In this document: in pieces, positions 14,779-25,054 of the stretch
How positions within the stretch are numbered: the stretch's first letter is position 1
Layout: every line of letters begins with the position of its first letter
Origin: a virus
Lineage: Duplodnaviria; Caudoviricetes
Length of the DNA stretch: 38,083 bases
Virus record (IMG/VR): IMGVR_UViG_3300020044_003239
Location: 1-38,083 of that record
Strand: one strand, 5' to 3'
Made by a program: the position numbers and the translations under genes
Notes under the pieces: generated by a model
Seen by the model: the letters and a program-made list of their open reading frames with translations, nothing else
Told to the model about the DNA's origin: nothing
Databases searched by the model: none

Positions 14779-17151
14779 TTAACTAATTTGAACTATAGAA
14801 GCCGTTGCGACACCAACATAGATATTAGCACTTGGCGTAAACGCTTTGCCAATTTGACCTACAGCAGGGGCGGGCTGTGCGGCGCTTGCCACAATAGCCG
14901 TGCCTGAACCAGAATACGCCAAACCCATACCCGACGTAGCCATATATGTTGTATCGTTTATTTGCGTTGAATTGTAGGCTTTACTAGTCCAAGTAATCAA
15001 ATCAGTGGATGAATACATAGTTGCGCTTGTGTCCATCAAATAATAAACAGAATTTGCATATATCAATCTGTTAACAGACGGATTTGTTGCAGAAACAGGA
15101 TTTGTTTTTGGTGTAAACGCATTCACAACTCCTGTTGCAGAAGTAGTAAGTGCAGTTGAACTTAGAAACACATTTTGAGAATTTAAGTAATAAATACTTT
15201 CAATTCCGCTTGGCATTGTTATCCAACTTAGTCCATCTGTACTTGTAAGAATTAACCCTTGAGAGTTTGATGCTACAAATCTACCATTTCCATATTGAAT
15301 GCAAGTATTTCCATAACCTGCTTGCATTGTAGGAAAACTGCTTGCTCCAACATTACCTTGCGTCCAAGATGTTCCTTGGTTTGTTGATGTTGCATAAACA
15401 CCATTTTGCCATAAGATGACAATAGTGCTTGTTGCTAAATCACCGCTTCTAGCAAAACCCGCAACTGCTACACCACCAAACAAGTTCCAGTTAATTCCAG
15501 TAGGGTTTGAAACATAAGAAGGATTACCTATGTACCCACTCCAACTGGCGCTGTAAGATGTAGAAACAAAAACCCAACCTCCCTCAGTACCGCCGTAATA
15601 TTTATTGCTTGCGGGAAAAACTCCAACTGCTGTGCCGTAACTAAAGCCTTGTCCGGAATTGTAAAAACCGGCACTTCGCTGTCCATCAGTACCATTACTT
15701 GGACTTGATCCATAATAAAACGGCGTAGAATACGTTCCACCATCTTGGTAATACGCACAGGCTCTCCAAGAACCATCATTAGGATTTCCCGCAAACATCA
15801 ACATTCCTTGCCAAGAACCATTTGTAATTACAGTTGAAGAAAAACTAAAATTTTCTGTGCTAAAAACCCCGCTTGTGCTGACATTACATCCTTGAACATA
15901 ATTGTTACCACCGGCGTATTGATAAATTAAAATTTTATCGTTGTAAGAAGCATTGGTTGTATTTCTATAGGCGGGAACAAACATTTTTGTTCCTGTATTT
16001 GAATATCCAGTCAAAAATGTTGGCGTAGTTTCAGCCCATGATGTTCCATTACTAGAATACAAATATCTGCCGTTGTTTGGAGATTGAGTTGTATATTGTT
16101 GAATGTAATAACCGCCATTTGCCGCATAAAATGGTTGCGCTGAATAATTGTTTAAATTATTAGCTACAGTATTTTGATAAGACCAACTAGAACCATCTGT
16201 TGATGTGGTTAAAAACGTATTAGAAAAATCATAAGGGGCTCTACTATTTGTGTATAAAATTTTATTGTCAGAAACACCAAGACCAGTTCCCGTTGGTTGA
16301 TTAGTTCCGGCGACTAGCGCAACATAAGGTTGCGTAAAATTTGTAAAATCTGCTGTGTAGTATGAAATGCCACTTGTTCCATAAAAATAATTAGTTCCAA
16401 TGTAAGCAATTTCGTAAATTGTATCTGCTGATTTAAATACAGTTGCCGCAGTCCATGTTACTGGAGTCGTAGTTGCGTAATAACTACGACCACTTGCACC
16501 ACCGGCTACAAATTTATCATTACCAAAAGTTATTGTGTAACAGGCAAAAAATGAAGGCAATGTGGTTTGTGTCCAAGTAACCAAATCTGTGCTGTAATGA
16601 ATTGTGGCGCTTGTTCTATTACAAACAACATAATATCCATTGCCAAATGTTACATTTGTGACAGTTACTGCAAACGGAAATGTTCTTCTTGTATATGTTA
16701 ATCCGTCAGAACTTGTCAAAATTAAACCATTGCCTGATGTATCAACGCCAACAGCAATATAGTTTCCATTTAAATATGCAATATTGGCAATTTTATACGA
16801 ACTATTATTAACAGCATTTTCTGTTTTGTATGCGCTTGTTCCAGTAGTAGAAATTGAAATTGAATCCCCTGCGCCAAGCGTAATTGGTGATTGCAATAGG
16901 TTAATAGTTTTTACACCATTCACTAAATAGTAGGTACTTGATTGAGTTATGTACCCTGTCGTTTGATCTTTGACAAGTGGATAAGTGATACCGCTAGATA
17001 CTTTATTTAAAGTGACAGTATCAAAAGTAGTGGTTAATGATTGCGCAAGCACACCTTTAACAATTGCAGTTTGACCCGCCGGTACTGTATAGATTGATGT
17101 GGGCGTTGTTGAGTTATATAACGCCGTCGCAGAGATTGGAGTTTGTGCCAT
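14779..17151 (-). CDS. Putative receptor-binding / fibre-tip protein with BNR/Asp-box beta-propeller repeats
   Basis: Repeated S.DG.(T/S)W motifs (SSDGLTY, STDLVTW, STDGSSW, SSNGTSW, STDGLSW, STDLITW); S/T/G/N-rich. Confidence 0.75.
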   Translation of the reverse strand: MAQTPISATALYNSTTPTSIYTVPAGQTAIVKGVLAQSLTTTFDTVTLNKVSSGITYPLVKDQTTGYITQSSTYYLVNGVKTINLLQSPITLGAGDSISISTTGTSAYKTENAVNNSSYKIANIAYLNGNYIAVGVDTSGNGLILTSSDGLTYTRRTFPFAVTVTNVTFGNGYYVVCNRTSATIHYSTDLVTWTQTTLPSFFACYTITFGNDKFVAGGASGRSYYATTTPVTWTAATVFKSADTIYEIAYIGTNYFYGTSGISYYTADFTNFTQPYVALVAGTNQPTGTGLGVSDNKILYTNSRAPYDFSNTFLTTSTDGSSWSYQNTVANNLNNYSAQPFYAANGGYYIQQYTTQSPNNGRYLYSSNGTSWAETTPTFLTGYSNTGTKMFVPAYRNTTNASYNDKILIYQYAGGNNYVQGCNVSTSGVFSTENFSFSSTVITNGSWQGMLMFAGNPNDGSWRACAYYQDGGTYSTPFYYGSSPSNGTDGQRSAGFYNSGQGFSYGTAVGVFPASNKYYGGTEGGWVFVSTSYSASWSGYIGNPSYVSNPTGINWNLFGGVAVAGFARSGDLATSTIVILWQNGVYATSTNQGTSWTQGNVGASSFPTMQAGYGNTCIQYGNGRFVASNSQGLILTSTDGLSWITMPSGIESIYYLNSQNVFLSSTALTTSATGVVNAFTPKTNPVSATNPSVNRLIYANSVYYLMDTSATMYSSTDLITWTSKAYNSTQINDTTYMATSGMGLAYSGSGTAIVASAAQPAPAVGQIGKAFTPSANIYVGVATASIVQIS

Positions 17152-17162
17152 GATTTATCCTT

Positions 17163-19325
17163 TTAACCCATGAAATACCAAAGAAGTGAATTGTCAGCAG
17201 AAGCCGGTGCGCTTGCCACCCATGCCGCGCCGTTCCAAGTTGCAATTTGACCGGCTGTAGTGCCAACCAAAGATGTGTCCCACGCCGTGCCTGTAGATAC
17301 GGCAATGCCGGTTGCGGGATAAGTTGTAGGACCGGTTGGGCCAGTAGGTCCGGTAGAACCCGTTGGACCGGCAACTGTTGAGGCCGCTCCGGTCGGGCCT
17401 GTCACGCCTTGGATGCCCTGTGAGCCGGTCGGCCCTGTAGGTCCAACATTTCCCTGCGCTCCAGTAGACCCCGTAGGTCCTTGAATTCCTTGTATGCCTT
17501 GAATTCCCTGTACGCCTTGTGGTCCTGTTGGGCCGACTACACCTTGAATTCCCTGTGCGCCCGTAGGTCCTGTGGGTCCGACATTTCCTTGAGCGCCCGT
17601 AGACCCTGTCGGGCCTGTAGGTCCAACAACTCCCTGTATCCCCTGCGCTCCAGTAGGTCCTGTCACGCCCTGTATTCCTTGAGCGCCTGTAGGTCCTGTA
17701 GGTCCAACTACCCCTTGAATTCCTTGCGGTCCTGTTGGGCCAGTAGCGCCAACATCCCCTTGTGCGCCTTGAATTCCTTGTATACCTTGTGGGCCGGTAG
17801 GTCCGACAACGCCTTGCGCTCCAGTAGGTCCGACATTTCCTTGAATGCCTTGGCTTCCTGTAGGGCCGACTGCTCCAGTAGGTCCAACAACACCTTGTAT
17901 GCCTTGTGTTCCCTGTGGTCCTGTAGGGCCGACATCGCCTTGGATGCCTTGAATTCCCTGTATTCCTTGATTTCCTTGCGGGCCAGTAGGTCCGACATTG
18001 CCCTGTGTCCCGGTAGGTCCGGTTGCGCCTGTCTGTCCTGTAGGGCCAGTAGGACCGGCTACTGTGGAATTAGCGCCAGTAGGACCAGTTGGACCTTGAA
18101 CACCTTGTGCGCCATCTAAGTTAACTGTCCAATCGGCGTATGTTCCTGAACCCGTGTGATTTTTAACATCAACAACTAACACACCAGTGCCGTTGTTGTA
18201 TGTCAAAACAGCGCCGTGCATGTGACTAACAGTATCGCCATTCCAACTAATAATGACGTTTTGTGCTTCGCTGTAGGCTAATCCTGTTGCCACAGTTAGC
18301 GTTTGCGTACCATTACCAAATGTTAACGATGTTGTGCTTGTTGTTAAATAGCGGTCGCCATTAGCACCCGCAGAACCGGTTGGTCCTGTAGGACCGGTAA
18401 TGGTATTTCCCTGTATTCCGGTAGGTCCAGTAACGCCTTGTGCGCCTGTAGTTCCTGTAGGGCCTGTTGGTCCAACAACGCCTTGAATTCCTTGACTTCC
18501 TGTTGGGCCAACATCACCCTGTATTCCTTGTACGCCTTGAATTCCTTGTGTTCCTTGAGCGCCAGTAGGGCCTGTAGGCCCTGCTACTGTAGATGGCGTG
18601 CCAGTAGCACCCGTTGGTCCTGTAGCGCCAACAGAACCCGCACTTCCAGTAGGACCGGCTACGCCTTGAATGCCTTGGTCGCCTTGAATGCCCTGTGGTC
18701 CGGTAGGTCCGTGATCGCCTACATTACCCTGTGTTCCTGTTGGCCCGGTAGCGCCAATGTTTCCCTGAATGCCTTGCGCCCCGGTAGGTCCTGTAGGGCC
18801 GGCAACAGTTGAAGCCGCGCCAGTAGAGCCTGTTGGCCCTGTTGGTCCGTTACCGCCTTGTGCGCCAGTGGGACCGGCAACAGTAGAAGCCGCGCCTGTA
18901 GGCCCTGTTGGGCCAAGGTTTCCTTGAATGCCTTGAATGCCTTGTACGCCTTGAGCGCCCGTAGGCCCTGCAATCCCGTTAGCGCCTGTTGGACCAGTTG
19001 CGCCCGCATTTCCCTGTGGGCCTGTAGGCCCGGCGACTGTAGATGCTGAACCAGTTGCACCCGTTGGACCTTGTGAACCAGTTGGACCGGCTACTGTAGA
19101 TGCCGCGCCGGTAGGCCCGGTAGGTCCGGCAGAACCCGAAGCCCCGGTAGGTCCGGTTGTTCCCGCGCCGGTTGCGCCGGTAGGTCCAGTTGCGCCTACT
19201 CCCGTTGGCCCGGTCGGACCAGTTGGACCGCTACCTTGAGGTCCGGTTGGCCCTGTAGCGCCCGAAACACCTCGGTCTACAACAACAGTGACATTACTAG
19301 CGGGTTGAACTTTGATAGCTGTCAT
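17163..19325 (-). CDS. Collagen-like (Gly-X-Y) fibre protein
   Basis: Two long Gly-X-Y tracts (GPT, GAT, GIQ) interrupted by a globular insert at ~18115-18360. Confidence 0.92.
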   Translation of the reverse strand: MTAIKVQPASNVTVVVDRGVSGATGPTGPQGSGPTGPTGPTGVGATGPTGATGAGTTGPTGASGSAGPTGPTGAASTVAGPTGSQGPTGATGSASTVAGPTGPQGNAGATGPTGANGIAGPTGAQGVQGIQGIQGNLGPTGPTGAASTVAGPTGAQGGNGPTGPTGSTGAASTVAGPTGPTGAQGIQGNIGATGPTGTQGNVGDHGPTGPQGIQGDQGIQGVAGPTGSAGSVGATGPTGATGTPSTVAGPTGPTGAQGTQGIQGVQGIQGDVGPTGSQGIQGVVGPTGPTGTTGAQGVTGPTGIQGNTITGPTGPTGSAGANGDRYLTTSTTSLTFGNGTQTLTVATGLAYSEAQNVIISWNGDTVSHMHGAVLTYNNGTGVLVVDVKNHTGSGTYADWTVNLDGAQGVQGPTGPTGANSTVAGPTGPTGQTGATGPTGTQGNVGPTGPQGNQGIQGIQGIQGDVGPTGPQGTQGIQGVVGPTGAVGPTGSQGIQGNVGPTGAQGVVGPTGPQGIQGIQGAQGDVGATGPTGPQGIQGVVGPTGPTGAQGIQGVTGPTGAQGIQGVVGPTGPTGSTGAQGNVGPTGPTGAQGIQGVVGPTGPQGVQGIQGIQGIQGPTGSTGAQGNVGPTGPTGSQGIQGVTGPTGAASTVAGPTGSTGPTGPTGPTTYPATGIAVSTGTAWDTSLVGTTAGQIATWNGAAWVASAPASADNSLLWYFMG

Positions 19326-19813
19326 AACACCACCACTCCGTCAGAACGGACTAGGAACAAAAGAAAAATGATTAAATCATCGGCGGGAGTCGCGCCTGAT
19401 GCGGGCAAAGAAACCTTAACACGTCCTGAATAGCCCACAGGGTCAGCCGCATTGATTTCTAATTCAGGGTCAGTCGCCATTAAAGACCAAGCACTAGCAT
19501 CAATAACCAATGTACACGTCCCATTAGCCGCAGTGATGTTGGTAATAGTCAGGGGAATTGAAGGCGGTGTTGGGTTGAAATCCCGAATGTCAAAAGTCAG
19601 CCCGTTGCGTGTGTCAATGATGTTTGACAGTTCGCGGCGAACAATTTGAGCATTGATGGTAGCGCCTGTTAGGTTCACAGGCGTGTTGGTATTTGGATTG
19701 CTTTGGAAGGTAAGATTCCAGTAGGTTTGTTGATTCCAAACCAATTCGCCCGCAAGAATGGGGTTGTCAAAACCCGATACTTGCGCAAGAGTATTCTTGT
19801 TGAAAATCGCCAT
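19322..19813 (-). CDS. Fibre adaptor / BppU-N-like structural protein
   Basis: [14 protein letters not shown] and ITAANGT.TL.I motifs; directly precedes the collagen gene. Confidence 0.55.
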   Translation of the reverse strand: MAIFNKNTLAQVSGFDNPILAGELVWNQQTYWNLTFQSNPNTNTPVNLTGATINAQIVRRELSNIIDTRNGLTFDIRDFNPTPPSIPLTITNITAANGTCTLVIDASAWSLMATDPELEINAADPVGYSGRVKVSLPASGATPADDLIIFLLFLVRSDGVVVL

Positions 19814-19879
19814 AGCGTTCCCTAAACTTAGTCAGAACATCCGCGCTACTCGCGGGCTAATGGTGTCTTATTTTTTAAT

Positions 19880-19908
19880 ATTCTATCAAGATTGTGCCAA
19901 CAAATCAA
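19880..19908 (-). promoter_or_regulatory. Candidate internal sigma70 promoter for the fibre/glycosyltransferase/lysis module
   Basis: TTGATT-17 nt-TAGAAT followed by a ~65 nt leader containing a hairpin. Confidence 0.45.
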
Positions 19909-20158
19909 TAAAGTGCCATAAATCTTGATTTCGATATGTACCAGTTGGCTTGTCAGGAGACCATGAAGTGGGTGGCCCATTCAATTCTATGTAGTTTTCG
20001 CCATCAATTAAATAACTTGTGTATTGTTGTGGAACAACAAATTCTCCATCTGCATCAGTTTGCCCTACAAGCACTCTGACTGAAATGTTGGGGACTTCTT
20101 CAATAGTCCTAATTTCTTGGAAAATTGTTTCGGCGGGTATGTTGATTTCTCTTGGCAT
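19886..20158 (-). CDS. Hypothetical protein (possible fibre assembly factor)
   Basis: 90 aa ORF immediately after the central fibre gene. Confidence 0.65.
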   Translation of the reverse strand: MPREINIPAETIFQEIRTIEEVPNISVRVLVGQTDADGEFVVPQQYTSYLIDGENYIELNGPPTSWSPDKPTGTYRNQDLWHFIDLLAQS

Positions 20159-20160
20159 AT

Positions 20161-23100
20161 TTAACCTTTGATTTGTGCTTCTAATGACTCAACTTTAGCG
20201 GTCAATTCCTGAATGGCCTTAGTCAAAACAGCGATGTATGAAGGGTAATGAATCGTGTTAAATCCGGTTTCATCGCCCACTTTCCAATCCGGCTCATAGT
20301 ACACCAAAGACGAATCGCCGCCAATCAAAGCTTCAACTTCTTGAGCAATAAACCCATAGCCTTTTTGATGTTTGGGGTCTGCTTTAAGTTTGTAGGAAAC
20401 GGGACGTAATTGTTTAACAAACGCCAAGCCTAAATCACTGTCCGCAATTTGTTCTTTTAAACGAATGTCTGATGGGCTTGTTGTTTGTACTGTCCAAGTA
20501 ACAATGTTGCTTGTTCCACTTGTCCCAACATAAGCGCCGGCAATTCCTGTAGATGTACTGCCAAGCAAATTAACGCCTGAGCCGCCCGCATTAGCCGTTC
20601 CTGAATTGGTTGGGAAAATCCTAGCCCATGATGATGCTGTTACACCGCCAAGCGCATTTGAATCTGTTGCCGTGCTACCCGTCAACATAAAATTGCTTGC
20701 GGTATATCCTTGCAGATAGTTTGCGTTTAAATTGGTAACAACAGTGCTATCGCTAACTCCAAATCGACCATAACAATAAACGCCATAATTTCCACCATTT
20801 GACCCATAGAGAGCCGCGCCATCAGTAGTTGAACCATATCCAACAGCAAGAACAGCATTTCTAGTTGGGCCTGTACTATTGGCAACCGATGTAATTCCAT
20901 GACCAGTTCCATTGTTAGTGACGTTCAAACCCGCGCCACCAAATCCCGCCGCATTGCTAACAGATAAAGCACCAATACCAAATGTATTACTTGCTCCAAC
21001 AACTTGCACATTGGTATACAAACCCGCAACACCCGCAACACGAAAAACTGTATTGCCAATTGAATCGTAAACTTTTAAATATTCTGAAGCCGATTCACCC
21101 AAAATAATTCGACTACCAGACACGGCAGATTCAACTGTGCCTCTAAATATTCCACGATTGAAATAAGCATCTCCTGTTGATTGTTGAATGTAGTAACCAA
21201 CAGTTCCATAAGTCCCCGTGCTTCCATAAGTTGGAGGGTTAGAACCATTCCAGTTGTCAGAACGAATATCTTGAAAAATGCTTGCGGCAACCGGGCCTGT
21301 CCAAGCTGTTTGTCCCGCACCGACTCCATCTACAGTAACCGCATTAGCGTTGTAACGACCTTGGATATACCAAAGGACTTGTCCAATTCCAACGCTTGGG
21401 GTTGTTAATGACCATCCGCTTGGAGCATTAGGGCCGGTTGTTGGGGTTGTAAATGTTGGTGCAGAAAGATTTTGAGCTTGAACATAATATGCTGTCAAAG
21501 CTGATAAACCCAACAAACCATTGCTACCGGTTGTTCCGTTTGTTCCGTTTGTTCCCGCACCGCCTACGGCGTAAGCTGTAGATGTTGTCCACGCCACAGT
21601 AGATGTTGCGGTTGTTAATGAATCAGCGTAACGAACAGAACACGCATATAAAGTGTATCCCGCTATTGAAGCCGCCGGAGTTAACAACCATCCATTAGGT
21701 GTAGTTGGTGCAGTAAACCCCCCCGTTGCCCACGTGTATGTTGAATTGCCTGATGGGAATGTTGTTGGCGTAGATAAAGCCCATTGATAAAGCTCAAGAA
21801 AGGCCGTGCGAGTCCCGTTTGTTCCCGCCGCACCCGCCGCATAAGCCACAGTAGCAGACCATGTCACAGTAGATGTTGCTGTAGTCAAACTGTCAACATA
21901 AATTGTTCTAGCAATCCACAGAGTTTGTCCAAGCACAGTAGCCGGAGGCGTAAGAGACCATCCGTTAGGTGTAGCCGGGGCAGTGAACTGTCCTGTAGCC
22001 CAAGTGTAGACAGACGTACCTACAGGAAATATTGTTGGGGCAGTAGCAGACCACTGATACATATCGAGGATGGCAGTGCGTGTTCCGTTTGCCCCGGTCG
22101 GCCCTGCGCCCGCTACAGGATTCCAAACAAAAGAGGCGCTAATAGGGCTGATGACAGAATTGCTGACTTCATTACCGACTTGATACGCAAAATAATATGT
22201 TCCCGTATTGAGGGTCAAATTTGTGTATGTGTAATACGTGTTGTTAGTAACAGGCTGATTGTTTGCTGTGGAGGCGCTTGTCAGCAGTTGCCAATCACCG
22301 GCTGTAGGTGTAGGGCTTGTTGTGAAAAACAAATTACCAAACGTCACCCGCCCGGTTGTTGGAACAAAAACAGTAACGCTGAAATTGGGGATTGTTGCTG
22401 ACGGATAACCCGTCACTGTTGGTGCGGATAACGGACTGAAGTAGCTAACCGATGGCAACCCACTGTTGGGTACAGGCGTGAAGGCCGTGATGTCTAAATC
22501 ATCATAAACTTGCGCGTTGTATTCCGACAGTTCTAATTTTGCACCCAATGAACCATCCGGCAATGATGCCTCATTTACTTTCATGACCCGGAAAAGCTTG
22601 GCATTCCAACCATAGTCCGTATTTGTGACGGAAACCACGTTTCCTGCATCGACTTGAATGCCGTAGTAGGTAGTGCTGAAGCTGACAATTAAATCCTCCC
22701 TCGCTTGCTCTAAGAGCCGATTTGCTAGGTATCCGGTCTGCACCGAATCATTGACCAAATCGTAGGTGATGGAATACTTGTTGACAGGCTCATTCGGGTA
22801 AAGCAACCCAACTGGGGTTTTGATATTGACAAAGGCCGCTTGGTCTCTGTTTTCCTTGAACGGGAATCGGGCCTCAATTTGATTGATTGAAGACGTAATG
22901 TCTGTAGCACTAACGCGAATCTCACCAATGATGTTGTTATCGTTGAATGCGTAAGACGCTGTTTCAGCTTTGTTGATAACTATTGACCACTGACCTAATG
23001 CGGCGTTGTATGTCATCCAAGAATCACTTGCTGACATGATGCGGTCAATGTTTGACAACACAGTTTGTCCGGCATCTAACACGCCATTGATTCTGTACCG

Positions 23101-23946
23101 GGATTGCGTAGACGGAACACCGCTTGAATTTTTAAATGTAATCAGTTGGTCGCTGTATGAGTTCAAAGCTGTTGCGCTTGCCGTATCAATAGAAGCTAAC
23201 GGAACAGCCCCACCATAAACAGTGCTTGTAATGTAGTCTTTCCATACATCACCAGGTTTAGCCGCACCAGTACTGTTCAAATAATGATTGACGCTGAATG
23301 TGATTGGAGAGAGTTGAGTGGTGTCGGCATCCCGGTTGTAAACCAATTTAACAATGGCAAACGCCAAACCATTCATTTGCCTGTTGCTTGAAGCCCATCG
23401 TTGAGCAACAGAAATGTCTGAGCCGCCCATAACAGTGCTAGGTGCAGAAGCGCCATTAGCAGACGTGATTGTTCCACCGGCTGTAGATGTGTACAGGCTA
23501 ATGTATAAATTGCCGCTAATCTTTGTGTTTACATTTCCGGCTTCATCGGTCAATGTTAAAACTTTAGTTGAGTCTGCGCCTGTGCCAAATGTAATCAGCC
23601 TGTCGCCGTAATACATCGTGCTTGTATTGAACGAAAATTGCCCATCAGGGCTGATACAGGAAATAGCCAAAACGTAGTACATCGTCTTTTGGTCTTCCGT
23701 TAACACGGCATCTACAAACGTGCCGCCCATGTAGGCGCTACCATACACAACAGGAATAGCGTTAACAGCACTTGGCGGGACTTGTTGCCTCACGCCCATG
23801 TCTTGCTGTGTTTCGGGATTGTCACCAAACACTCTTGTAACAATCATTGACAAAGCAAAGTTGACAGCAAAAACAGTAGCGGCATAAGCAAACGTACCCG
23901 CCGCCGCCGCGCCCAAAAGTGCTGATGCTATTAGTGTGCCGACCAT
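20161..23946 (-). CDS. Tip attachment / central tail fibre protein (gpJ-like) with C-terminal peptidase S74 intramolecular chaperone
   Basis: IPVVYG, RYRINGVLD, LFRVMKV..LELSEY...VYDD; C-terminal SDIRLKEQI..LRPVSY..GFIAQEVE..LTKAIQEL. Confidence 0.88.
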   Translation of the reverse strand: MVGTLIASALLGAAAAGTFAYAATVFAVNFALSMIVTRVFGDNPETQQDMGVRQQVPPSAVNAIPVVYGSAYMGGTFVDAVLTEDQKTMYYVLAISCISPDGQFSFNTSTMYYGDRLITFGTGADSTKVLTLTDEAGNVNTKISGNLYISLYTSTAGGTITSANGASAPSTVMGGSDISVAQRWASSNRQMNGLAFAIVKLVYNRDADTTQLSPITFSVNHYLNSTGAAKPGDVWKDYITSTVYGGAVPLASIDTASATALNSYSDQLITFKNSSGVPSTQSRYRINGVLDAGQTVLSNIDRIMSASDSWMTYNAALGQWSIVINKAETASYAFNDNNIIGEIRVSATDITSSINQIEARFPFKENRDQAAFVNIKTPVGLLYPNEPVNKYSITYDLVNDSVQTGYLANRLLEQAREDLIVSFSTTYYGIQVDAGNVVSVTNTDYGWNAKLFRVMKVNEASLPDGSLGAKLELSEYNAQVYDDLDITAFTPVPNSGLPSVSYFSPLSAPTVTGYPSATIPNFSVTVFVPTTGRVTFGNLFFTTSPTPTAGDWQLLTSASTANNQPVTNNTYYTYTNLTLNTGTYYFAYQVGNEVSNSVISPISASFVWNPVAGAGPTGANGTRTAILDMYQWSATAPTIFPVGTSVYTWATGQFTAPATPNGWSLTPPATVLGQTLWIARTIYVDSLTTATSTVTWSATVAYAAGAAGTNGTRTAFLELYQWALSTPTTFPSGNSTYTWATGGFTAPTTPNGWLLTPAASIAGYTLYACSVRYADSLTTATSTVAWTTSTAYAVGGAGTNGTNGTTGSNGLLGLSALTAYYVQAQNLSAPTFTTPTTGPNAPSGWSLTTPSVGIGQVLWYIQGRYNANAVTVDGVGAGQTAWTGPVAASIFQDIRSDNWNGSNPPTYGSTGTYGTVGYYIQQSTGDAYFNRGIFRGTVESAVSGSRIILGESASEYLKVYDSIGNTVFRVAGVAGLYTNVQVVGASNTFGIGALSVSNAAGFGGAGLNVTNNGTGHGITSVANSTGPTRNAVLAVGYGSTTDGAALYGSNGGNYGVYCYGRFGVSDSTVVTNLNANYLQGYTASNFMLTGSTATDSNALGGVTASSWARIFPTNSGTANAGGSGVNLLGSTSTGIAGAYVGTSGTSNIVTWTVQTTSPSDIRLKEQIADSDLGLAFVKQLRPVSYKLKADPKHQKGYGFIAQEVEALIGGDSSLVYYEPDWKVGDETGFNTIHYPSYIAVLTKAIQELTAKVESLEAQIKG

Positions 23947-23948
23947 TT

Positions 23949-24395
23949 TTATTCCTTCACGAAGCTTGCGCCTACTGCTTTATATCCACGCCGTGTGTAA
24001 TCAATAAACGGCCCATTAGCCGAAATTGAAGTGCTTACAACATCTACATTGCCCAAATCTAACATTTTCTGAGCATGGGAATCAAACGCTTTCCATAGTC
24101 TGCCGCCAATTGTTCCATTCCTGTATTCGGGTTCTACCCACCACAGAAGTTCGTGTAGTTCACGGACCTTTGGCGACCATATATTGTTTTGTTTTATAGC
24201 AATGATTGCGCCACGCATATGATTGTCTATGTAGACAAACCCTTTGCCCTGAATGATGCTGAACAATAATTCTTCCACGTGACGGGGAAAATGGTTGCAA
24301 GGCTCACCAAGTATTTTTATTGGGTTCTCATAGGCGTAAGCTTCCACAATTTCTAACAATCTCGGGATGTCGTATCTTGTTGCTTGTCTTATCAT
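23949..24395 (-). CDS. GNAT-fold acetyltransferase-like protein in the tail-tip operon
   Basis: MIRQAT..DIP; WWVEPEYRNGTIGGRL (motif A-like); Y.RRGY. Confidence 0.75.
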   Translation of the reverse strand: MIRQATRYDIPRLLEIVEAYAYENPIKILGEPCNHFPRHVEELLFSIIQGKGFVYIDNHMRGAIIAIKQNNIWSPKVRELHELLWWVEPEYRNGTIGGRLWKAFDSHAQKMLDLGNVDVVSTSISANGPFIDYTRRGYKAVGASFVKE

Positions 24396-24397
24396 TT

Positions 24398-25054
24398 TTA
24401 GTCGCCACCAGTTCCTGATGAGTCTTCTACCATTGTCGTTGTTGTTTCGCTTGCTTGAGTATTTCTCATAGGCGGCGGACCAAAATCAAAAAACGTGTTT
24501 GAAATTTGAGCAACACGATTCATTGAGGTTTCGCTAGTGCCATACACAAATTGCCACGCATCTTGATTTGTTTTCATCCCGGACAATCTGTTTTCAAGGA
24601 TGCGCCTCATAGACGAACACGCAATAGAACAAGTGGCAATACGTTGCCGCAGTTCGGTGTTGAAATCTTCTGTGATTGAAACGCTGTTAATAATGCCTTG
24701 ATAGCGTTTAAAAAATTGTGTTGTAGGTGTAGTAATGATTTGATTGTTCGTGTCAAAGAACCCGCGCCAAACCTCTACCAATGAGCCTTTGATTTCGTTA
24801 CCAAGTATGATGCCCACGTTTGTAGGGTCAATCCCGGTCAACTGAATAGTCATGTCATCAGATGTGGCCTTAATGTCCCTCTGAACATCTCCAACATTAA
24901 GCAATGCGCCAAGGTTGGCAAACGTAATTCCATCAACAGTTATGGGTGCGGCGGCATTACAAAATGTATAGACTGTAGCGGCTGTGCCAACAGTAAGCTT
25001 TACAAATTCCGCATGGTTTATCTGTGAGCCACTAACGGCGGCTATTGTTGTCAT
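24398..25054 (-). CDS. Minor tail/hub protein (gpL/DUF2163-like)
   Basis: Position after the distal tail protein; LGALLNVG...IQLTGID...KGS.VEVWRGFFD..RYQG.I. Confidence 0.7.
   Translation of the reverse strand: MTTIAAVSGSQINHAEFVKLTVGTAATVYTFCNAAAPITVDGITFANLGALLNVGDVQRDIKATSDDMTIQLTGIDPTNVGIILGNEIKGSLVEVWRGFFDTNNQIITTPTTQFFKRYQGIINSVSITEDFNTELRQRIATCSIACSSMRRILENRLSGMKTNQDAWQFVYGTSETSMNRVAQISNTFFDFGPPPMRNTQASETTTTMVEDSSGTGGD

Noticed and set aside
17330-19270. Dense DNA repeats as a possible CRISPR array, and the several shadow ORFs in this region
   Set aside because: The repeats are codon-level Gly-X-Y collagen repeats without unique spacers; the shadow ORFs arise from that periodicity
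14779-23946. Diversity-generating retroelement or invertible tail-fibre cassette
   Set aside because: No reverse transcriptase or invertase, and no template/variable repeat pair or inverted crossover sites seen
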